From Candidatus Hodarchaeum mangrovi (GTDB taxonomy: Archaea; Asgardarchaeota; Heimdallarchaeia; Hodarchaeales; Hodarchaeaceae), in contig JAEOUE010000125.1 of assembly GCA_016839515.1 (NCBI GenBank), positions 1-14,090 of the forward strand: a DNA stretch of 14,090 nt. The letters are read 5' to 3'. Made by a program: the position numbers and the translations under genes. Shown piece by piece: positions 7,819 to 14,090 of the stretch. A model generated the notes under the pieces. The model saw only the letters and a program-made list of their open reading frames with translations, did no database searches and was not told where the DNA came from. The stretch's first letter is position 1. Each line of letters starts with the position of its first letter.

Positions 7819-8253
7819 AAATGGTGGATCAAGTCAAAGACTGACTCCGGGTTCTTTGATAGGAACCTGAGGAAATTCCAGCCATTCGTAAAAACCTGCA
7901 CAGGGGATACCTTTATAAAAGGAAAGCTCCTGTCAAGCGAGAGCTTGGGCACTGGAACAGAAACGACACGTCCTGTTTTCTATGGCAAGGATGGTGAGAC
8001 ACCACTGGCAACAGTACGTAAGTTAATCACCAGAGGACGAAACAGGAAACGATGAGACGAGCAACCGCAGGGAATGCAAGCGAGATTGGTTTTCAAGAAC
8101 GAAAACCATGGGAGACGCGCTGAGGTAGATGTCAGAACCCCCTTAGAGGGCAACCACTCAGGGGATAACAAAAGCTGGATTACTCATGACATGATGCTTA
8201 AAATACTCTAATCCCGTTTTACAAAAAGATGGGAAGAGTATTCACCACCATTT
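7819..8253 (+). ncRNA. rnpB: Archaeal RNase P RNA (conserved core about 7828-8195; possible extended P1 to 7819/8253)
   Basis: GC-richer island. CR-I GAGGAAATTCCAGC (7869-7882) pairs as P4 with CR-V AACAAAAGCTGGATTA (8167-8182). CR-II ACAGAAA (7957-7963) and CR-III TGAGAC (8053-8058). P2 CTGAC/GTCAG, P5 CATTC/GAATG, P7 CCTGC/GCAGG, P9 CAAGC-GAGA-GCTTG, P12 TCCTGTTT/AAACAGGA, P19 CCCC...GGGG. Transcript ends are uncertain. Confidence 0.93.
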
Positions 8254-8473
8254 CCTCTTTATATTTCTAGTTTTCTTAATTTCGTTCTCTTTTACATTGA
8301 AATTCTATTTAAATGAAAATAAAGAATATTATGCTTTATCAACCTTTACAAATCTCTCAACCTTTCTGGCAAAGATAGATTTTTAATTGCCACTCTAAAA
8401 AGTATTATTAGTAGCATTTCTGTTAAACAAACAAGTTGTACTATGTTCTGTATTATAATCAAAAGGGTTAACC

Positions 8474-10576
8474 ATGAGTATCCCTAGCTTTGATACATCC
8501 CATTATATGAATAAATATTCAACCAGCGCCGTTCGTGAGTTTTTACAGCCTCACGGAACAATTGATAAGTTATATTTAATTTCTTTGGTCTTTTGGTTTT
8601 CTACTTCTATTTTCTTTAAGCAAGCTCCTCTATTACGATTTGGATTCTTCATTTTTACCATTCTTTTTCTTATTATAAACAATCTGGTAAAAAAAAGGGA
8701 AGATCGTGAGTTCTCTTTATATGGATCAGTGATTAAAGTTTTCTTCATCTATTTTCTAATAATCTTTTTCACAAGTAATCGTGAGGTTAATCTCCCATTT
8801 TTACTACCATTTGAAGTTTCATACTTAGAATTTGAAAGTATCATTATCCTAACAACATTTTTGTTCGCAATTTTTCTCAATCAATTGCATTTTACATTGC
8901 TATTAGATTATGGCATTGTAGGTTATCAAGCGTTTTTATTTAGTCTTGTACGAGGATTTTGGTTAATTGGATTAGCCCTATACCTGTTTATTTCACTGGG
9001 TGTTTTAAAGGAAGAACTAATAGGTCTTACTCTTCCATGGGAAGAATATCTTTTTTTCGTTTTTATTTGCTATTTAGGTGTTTCATTGTTACCTTATTCA
9101 TATGACACTCTTCATAACTCTGTAATTAGACGAAATTTAATTATTAATCTTCGAGATAATGCTTTGGGAGCGAGTCTTTCACTATTTTTACTTGATATAA
9201 TTTTCCAAAAATTAACTTTTGAGATTTGGGATATATTAATCCCCCTACTTTTAGTTTCAGCTCTGATTCTATTAATAATAAGAGATCAAGATCTTCCTAT
9301 TGAAGAAAAACTCCTTGCTAGATCAATAGCAAAATCAAAAGAAATTTCACAAAAGTTGAATTCTTTAAAGTTTCACACCCCTGAGGATTTTTATGAGGCC
9401 AAAAAAGGTGTAGAATTACTTAATAAGCAGTCATCAAAGCTTTTCGCCAGCTCTAATTCTTTAGTCATTCCTTTAACTAAATATGACGATTTAGTTACAA
9501 TAGAAGTTATTGGAAATATGTCACTTCGGACTAAAGACTCTTTTGGCAGGTTTAAACAAGAAATAAAAGAACGAGCAACATTATTGTTAACAATAAAAGA
9601 ATGGAATGATTTAACTAAAAGAATAAAATTAAAACCTTTTTCTAATCTCAATTTATCTCAATATTATCAAGGTCTTTCTTCTAAGGAGGAATTTATGACT
9701 GAACTCGAAAATTCTTTAAAAAATTTCAAAGAAGAATTTCAAACGAGAGGTTTGATCAAAGTTGAAGAGAATCTGAATATGATTAAAGGAAAGTATCAGA
9801 TTCGAACTGCTGGAAAAAAACATGAATTTAATTTTCCAGGGATTAAAGTAATTGATGAACCTAATTCTCAACTAATTAAAATAGGATCTATTCAAGCAAT
9901 AGATATAAAAAGAAATATAGAGGGCCGAGAGGATCCTGCTAAATATTTCAGTATTAAAATGCCCTTTATTTCGTCAACTGAACTTAATTTAGATGGAAAA
10001 TATTTTGTTTTAAATATGCCCTTTGTTTCTGCTTTAGAGACACCAAAAGGTATGATTATGAAACTGTTTGGATTTAATGTGACTGAAGGAAATGAACACG
10101 AAATTCTTGAAGATTTAAATCGTATGATGGAATTACAAACAAAATTTAATAATTATTATGAATTTCGAATGTCCAATGTATTAGCACATGATGATAATCC
10201 CTCTCTCCTTCTAACTCGAAGTAAAGAAAAAAGTGGAAAAAATCTTCTTATGGTTGGATCGGAAGATACCGTTATTTTTGAGGATAAAGACGCATTTCCT
10301 CCTTATAATAAGCAAGAATCCTCAGTGAAATCTCAAGAAACCTATTCTGTCATTGAACTTTCAGAAAATGAAGTTGAGATTATTAACGGAGGTACTGAAA
10401 AGATAGATTATCAGTTTAAGCTAAAGAAATTAATGAAGCGAGTTGATAGAATGACAAAAAATGATTTCATTGAATATATGGGCTTTACTTCTCATCTTGA
10501 ATTCCTTGAATGGTTAACAAATTTACCTGATTCGTCTCCTATAAGGGTTGTAAATGAGTTTATTTATTTTAAATGA
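8474..10576 (+). CDS. Hypothetical membrane protein: about 8 N-terminal TM helices, large soluble region with short beta-hairpin-like repeats, putative C-terminal winged-helix-like domain
   Basis: 700-aa uninterrupted ORF. Hydrophobic segments lie within roughly aa 30-270 and the remainder is hydrophilic. No recognisable catalytic motif. Confidence 0.8.
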   Translation: MSIPSFDTSHYMNKYSTSAVREFLQPHGTIDKLYLISLVFWFSTSIFFKQAPLLRFGFFIFTILFLIINNLVKKREDREFSLYGSVIKVFFIYFLIIFFTSNREVNLPFLLPFEVSYLEFESIIILTTFLFAIFLNQLHFTLLLDYGIVGYQAFLFSLVRGFWLIGLALYLFISLGVLKEELIGLTLPWEEYLFFVFICYLGVSLLPYSYDTLHNSVIRRNLIINLRDNALGASLSLFLLDIIFQKLTFEIWDILIPLLLVSALILLIIRDQDLPIEEKLLARSIAKSKEISQKLNSLKFHTPEDFYEAKKGVELLNKQSSKLFASSNSLVIPLTKYDDLVTIEVIGNMSLRTKDSFGRFKQEIKERATLLLTIKEWNDLTKRIKLKPFSNLNLSQYYQGLSSKEEFMTELENSLKNFKEEFQTRGLIKVEENLNMIKGKYQIRTAGKKHEFNFPGIKVIDEPNSQLIKIGSIQAIDIKRNIEGREDPAKYFSIKMPFISSTELNLDGKYFVLNMPFVSALETPKGMIMKLFGFNVTEGNEHEILEDLNRMMELQTKFNNYYEFRMSNVLAHDDNPSLLLTRSKEKSGKNLLMVGSEDTVIFEDKDAFPPYNKQESSVKSQETYSVIELSENEVEIINGGTEKIDYQFKLKKLMKRVDRMTKNDFIEYMGFTSHLEFLEWLTNLPDSSPIRVVNEFIYFK
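9941..10030 (+). repeat. Intragenic degenerate direct repeat, 57-nt offset (KYFSIKMPFIS / KYFVLNMPFVS)
   Basis: AAATATTTCAGTATTAAAATGCCCTTTATTTC at 9941 versus AAATATTTTGTTTTAAATATGCCCTTTGTTTC at 9998. Confidence 0.7.
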
Positions 10577-10686
10577 ATGAAATATTTAATATAAACATCT
10601 AGAAAGAGATTTGAATGATTGTAAATCCTCTTAGAATTACTCTTGATTGAGTTTGCAGTGAATAAAGTCATTTAAATAGGTATTAT

Positions 10687-11229
10687 TTATTTTCCTATTT
10701 GAAATGCAGATTTTTCAGAACGAAGATAAATACCAACATCAACAAGGTTCTTCAAAAAGAGCATATTATCATTTAATCTCAATATCCCCAATCCTATTGG
10801 TATATTCGTATCTGAACATACAATTATTGGAGAATTTAAATAGGAAATGCTTTTATTTTGATCTTCAACTTCGAAACTTTCCCCATATAAAAATTTGGTC
10901 GTTTCTCGTGGATTTAAAATTAGTTTTCGATCTGTAAGAGGAGCTAAATATGAAAGTGATTCAATTCCAATAAAAAAATTCTCATTAATAAAGAACCCTA
11001 ATTTTCCACCAATTTGAATAATTTGATTTTCTTTCAAATAAATTTGAATCAAACTAATTAATGGAATGAAGTCTAAAGGGATTAAATAGACTTCTATCCG
11101 GTGATGTTCTATTTTGAGAAGCTGGTATTGTTCTAAAAGAGATTCAAATTCATTATTTTCTAATAAAATAGAAATAACCTCTTTAACAAGGTTTTTTTCA
11201 TCATCACTTATTATCTCAAAAGAATTCAT
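10687..11229 (-). CDS. nip7: Nip7-like PUA-domain ribosome biogenesis protein
   Basis: GxxLG...FFIGIESL, KFLYGE, IIVxxxxxxPIGLG and C-terminal LKNLVDVGIYLR match the Nip7/UPF0113 pattern. ATGA overlap with the upstream m5C methyltransferase. Confidence 0.75.
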   Translation of the reverse strand: MNSFEIISDDEKNLVKEVISILLENNEFESLLEQYQLLKIEHHRIEVYLIPLDFIPLISLIQIYLKENQIIQIGGKLGFFINENFFIGIESLSYLAPLTDRKLILNPRETTKFLYGESFEVEDQNKSISYLNSPIIVCSDTNIPIGLGILRLNDNMLFLKNLVDVGIYLRSEKSAFQIGK

Positions 11230-12155
11230 GAAACAACCTTCCTTAAGAGAGCAACAAAAAAGCCATCAAATCCAATATCAGGGAAAATACGTTTTGTTTT
11301 GGAAAGTTGAGAATCGAGTGGAAATTTCCAATTAATTTGATTCCCTGCAATTCCAATCTCAAAAGAAATGGGTAAAACTTCTACCTCATTAATATGTCTG
11401 TTTAAGAAGTTATGGATTTGAATTTCTCCTTCTTCTGGTTCTAAGCTGCAAGTAGAGTAAACTAAAGTTCCTCCTGGTTTAAGATGGTTCCACCCTACCT
11501 CAAGAAGGCTCTTTTGTATTATCGTATTTCGAAGGATATCTTTCATTTTACGAGGGGAAGAGCGTTTATTTTTTTCTAGTTTTAGTCCTGTCCCTGAACA
11601 TGGTGCATCTAACAAAATATGATCAGCCATTATATCTTTAAAAGAAAGGTTCATAGAATCTAAAAAAAGGATTATTGTATTCTTGATACCTAATCGTGAA
11701 ATATTAGCTCTTAACGCTGGGATTCGTGCTTTAGATTTTTCAATTGCAATAATAATTCCCCGATTCCTTAATTTTTGGGCTAATAAACTCGTTTTAATTC
11801 CTGGAGCAGCAGCCATATCAATTACTAAATCATCTTTTTGTAGTTCAAGGCTAAATGGAGGAATGATAGAAGTTAAAGCATGGATTGAAAAAAAACCTGA
11901 CAAATATTCTGGTGTAGAGACAATATTATACGGCGCTTTTTCAATCAAAAACGCATTAAACATTTTTGTTTCTCGTAAAATAAAACCTCGTTTTTCTATT
12001 GAAGAAAATAATTGGTTTGATGAAATTTTTAATATGTTTGGTATTATAAATCTTTTATCTTTCATGTTTAAATTTTGAATTATAGATTCTGTTTTTTCAA
12101 AACCATAAATTTCTCGCCACCTTTGGATATAGGGTAAAAATGAGTCTGACAGCAA
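11226..12155 (-). CDS. RsmB/NOL1/NOP2/Sun family RNA cytosine-C5 methyltransferase
   Basis: TPEYLSG, VIDMAAAPGxKT, ILLDAPCSGTG (motif IV Cys), LKPGGTLVYSTCS (motif VI Cys), DGFFVALLRK. TTG start preceded by GGAG. Confidence 0.93.
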   Translation of the reverse strand: MLSDSFLPYIQRWREIYGFEKTESIIQNLNMKDKRFIIPNILKISSNQLFSSIEKRGFILRETKMFNAFLIEKAPYNIVSTPEYLSGFFSIHALTSIIPPFSLELQKDDLVIDMAAAPGIKTSLLAQKLRNRGIIIAIEKSKARIPALRANISRLGIKNTIILFLDSMNLSFKDIMADHILLDAPCSGTGLKLEKNKRSSPRKMKDILRNTIIQKSLLEVGWNHLKPGGTLVYSTCSLEPEEGEIQIHNFLNRHINEVEVLPISFEIGIAGNQINWKFPLDSQLSKTKRIFPDIGFDGFFVALLRKVVS

Positions 12156-12163
12156 TATGTAAA

Positions 12164-12736
12164 TTACTCCTTAAATTTTTCTTTTAATATAAGTAGTTCG
12201 AGATAGGATTTTCTTTCTTCTTTGCCATCCCAATCTGGTATTAAATCTTTTACCATAGAAATAATTTTTTTCTTGATAAACTCAATGTCCATACTTTTTT
12301 TTGCCTGTAATAATTCAATCTCTAAAAATTGTCCTAAATTTTCAACAACATCAAACGAAATTGTCATTAAATCATATTTCCAACTAATTCGAGACTTGTT
12401 AATTGTTTTAAAATGGTAAAATCCTAATCTTTCTAATATTAAATAAACAGTCTTAGAATTTCTAATTTTAACATTTAACTCCTCTCTAATCTTTAGTGAG
12501 TCTCCTTGTTTAGGGCCTTTATAAGTTAATTCTGATAAAATAGTTTTAGAAGGAAAAATAGTATCTCTTATGCGTAATGCTCTATCGGTATCCCAAAAGT
12601 TTTCTATTGGACTTTGAAAATAGCAGTCTTTTTGAATTACTTGTGAAATTGGTTTTCCTAATTTTTTTATCAAGTTCTTAATTATTTGCTTTTGGGAATT
12701 TTGAGTATTTAAGGGAATTTTAATTTCTACTTCCAA
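12164..12736 (-). CDS. cyaB: CYTH-domain triphosphate tunnel metalloenzyme (class IV adenylate cyclase CyaB-like)
   Basis: N-terminal EVEIK (ExExK), QxDxYF, ALRIR, LTYKGPK, REE, KxR, DxVENLGxFLEIE, RKSYLELL. TTG start with GGTGA SD. Confidence 0.9.
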   Translation of the reverse strand: MEVEIKIPLNTQNSQKQIIKNLIKKLGKPISQVIQKDCYFQSPIENFWDTDRALRIRDTIFPSKTILSELTYKGPKQGDSLKIREELNVKIRNSKTVYLILERLGFYHFKTINKSRISWKYDLMTISFDVVENLGQFLEIELLQAKKSMDIEFIKKKIISMVKDLIPDWDGKEERKSYLELLILKEKFKE

Positions 12737-12859
12737 ATTTATTTCACCATAAGTGATTGGAGCTGGACTTTAAATCCTTCAAAGAAGGAAGTATTTTTAT
12801 ATTTCATTCATACAATAAATCCTGACTTTTTGAATTAAATTTTATAAAATGGATGATAT

Positions 12860-13591
12860 ATGTCTCCCCCAAAATCGGATAAAGATAGGAAGGAATCTAA
12901 AGACAGGGTCGAGACTCTTCCTGAACCTCCTCGTATTAATGAATTTAATGGCCCTCCTACAAATGCGTTAAAAGCTGATTCCCCTCAAGGTATTTTTCCT
13001 CTTCCTCTAAGTCCAGAATTAATTTTAAATCGTTTACCTCTTCCTGAACTACCCCATCATCAAACATCTACAATGAATCATAATTTTTTAGTATCTAATA
13101 ACATATCTGGGGAAATCCTTGAGGAATTACGAAAAACCGATTTTGGATCATTTCTTCAATCCGTTCCCAAGGAATCTGGTCCTAGGTTCTCTCCTGATGA
13201 ACTTACTCGAATAAAATATAAAAAAGCCCAAGAAGCGTATCTATCTGCGGGTAAAAAACATCTAGAGTTAGGATTTTTTAAGAATGCAACATTGCATTTT
13301 TCATCAGCAATTCTATGTGTTTTTTTAGGTGAATCAGTTTTTGAAGCAGCTCATCTTGCTGCAGATCTAGCACCTAAACTACCCCCTTCTATTTTAAACA
13401 ATAATACTTTGCAGGGTGTTAAGTTACTCCTTAAAGGAACTCTACTTAATAATATGGAGTTGATTGATAACTCCGAATCGTGGTTATTTTCATTAAATGA
13501 ATATATGTATGCTGAAGATAAATCACTTTTCCAAAACGCTCTCCAACATGCAAAGCAGCTCATTCAGAGAAAAAAGAAAATTAAAATTTAA
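12860..13591 (+). CDS. Hypothetical protein: Pro-rich disordered N-terminus plus helical TPR/SNAP-like C-terminal domain
   Basis: 243-aa ORF. The first ~70 aa are Pro-rich. YKKAQEAYLSAGKKHLELGFFKNATLHFSSA shows a TPR-like small/large residue pattern (inference). Confidence 0.7.
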   Translation: MSPPKSDKDRKESKDRVETLPEPPRINEFNGPPTNALKADSPQGIFPLPLSPELILNRLPLPELPHHQTSTMNHNFLVSNNISGEILEELRKTDFGSFLQSVPKESGPRFSPDELTRIKYKKAQEAYLSAGKKHLELGFFKNATLHFSSAILCVFLGESVFEAAHLAADLAPKLPPSILNNNTLQGVKLLLKGTLLNNMELIDNSESWLFSLNEYMYAEDKSLFQNALQHAKQLIQRKKKIKI

Positions 13592-13596
13592 TTAAT

Positions 13597-14088
13597 TCAT
13601 GAAATTGCTGCTTCAGATCCGAATAATGATTTGATGACATACATTTCCATAGTTGAATGCTGTCCCCCTTCTTGAATAGCATCAGCTAACCAATAAATAC
13701 CTTTATGGATACCCACTCCAGTTTTAGCACTAGTATTAAAGATATTTAATACACGACTCATTTTTTTATTAATCCCCATAAAATTGGCTAAATCTTCTTC
13801 TGTAATAGCTTGACCATCTTCAAAAATATCTACTTTATTAGCGAATATGGCTAAAGGAATATCCTTTAAATGATTCATTCTCAACATTCGCCAGAGATTG
13901 TTTCGAGCTTCGGGAAACCGGGCAGGATCACTAACATCGATAACATAAATTAACCCTGCAGAATTTTTAGTATACATCTCCCAGAGAGCTCTTCGAAATT
14001 GTAATTGTCCACCTAGATCCCATGCAGAAAAAGTAACATCACCAATTTGTATTGTTTCGGCGTTCATGCCTATAGTTGGTGTAGTATC
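13597..14088 (-). CDS. Arf/Arl-family small GTPase (5'-truncated by the window edge)
   Basis: Frame is open past the track's ATG 14067, reading DTTPTIGMNAE (switch I PTIG). Also WDLGGQ (G3), FRxxLWxxY, GLIYVID, FANKVD (G4) and TSAKTGxG (G5). The P-loop lies outside the window. Confidence 0.92.
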   Translation of the reverse strand, partial: DTTPTIGMNAETIQIGDVTFSAWDLGGQLQFRRALWEMYTKNSAGLIYVIDVSDPARFPEARNNLWRMLRMNHLKDIPLAIFANKVDIFEDGQAITEEDLANFMGINKKMSRVLNIFNTSAKTGVGIHKGIYWLADAIQEGGQHSTMEMYVIKSLFGSEAAIS

Positions 14089-14090
14089 AG

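Noticed and set aside
7980-8171. 63-aa minus-strand ORF
   Set aside because: Lies antisense within the RNase P RNA. It is open because of the higher GC content and has no protein motif.
7819-8253. SRP RNA, tRNA cluster, or MITE with 9-bp terminal inverted repeats as alternative explanations of the GC-rich island
   Set aside because: RNase P conserved regions and the P4 pseudoknot are present in the correct order. There is no cloverleaf, no SRP helix-8 motif and no target-site duplication.
8551-9651. Minus-strand ORFs 8551-8748 and 9391-9651
   Set aside because: Short shadows of the 700-aa gene with no motifs.
12840-12849. TTTTATAAAA palindrome as the TATA box of the 12860 gene
   Set aside because: Only about 10 nt from the ATG, which is too close. 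Such palindromes are common at this AT content.
10704-13563. Short opposite-strand ORFs at 10704, 11114, 11683, 12222 and 13351
   Set aside because: All overlap better-supported genes on the other strand.
1-14090. CRISPR array, transposase, defence system, or selenocysteine/stop-codon recoding
   Set aside because: No spaced repeats or mobile-element motifs. Recognised genes are full length with no in-frame stops needing read-through.

Overview
AT-rich archaeal window, most likely from an Asgard archaeon. That is inferred from an Arf-family small GTPase sitting among archaeal-type information-processing genes. Left to right it holds: an isoprenoid cluster (5'-truncated ERG8/MvaK2-type phosphomevalonate kinase, UbiX, type-2 IPP isomerase); the rpl7ae-rps28e-rpl24e operon with a structured leader; a minus-strand block (ABCE1, Tsr3, UPF0179, long FKBP PPIase); an RNase P RNA gene that the ORF track misses; a 700-aa orphan membrane protein; a minus-strand CYTH/Nop2-like/Nip7-like operon; and a Pro-rich/TPR-like orphan converging on a 5'-truncated Arf-like GTPase. 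No CRISPR array, tRNA, rRNA or mobile element is seen. Most of the window is core housekeeping. The best leads are: the atypical RNase P RNA (extra hairpin inserted in an extended P1, apparently no P6/P17); phosphomevalonate kinase clustered with UbiX, which mark two alternative mevalonate routes; a candidate K-turn autoregulatory leader on rpl7ae; and the two orphan proteins. All RNA structures were folded by eye and no database search was run.
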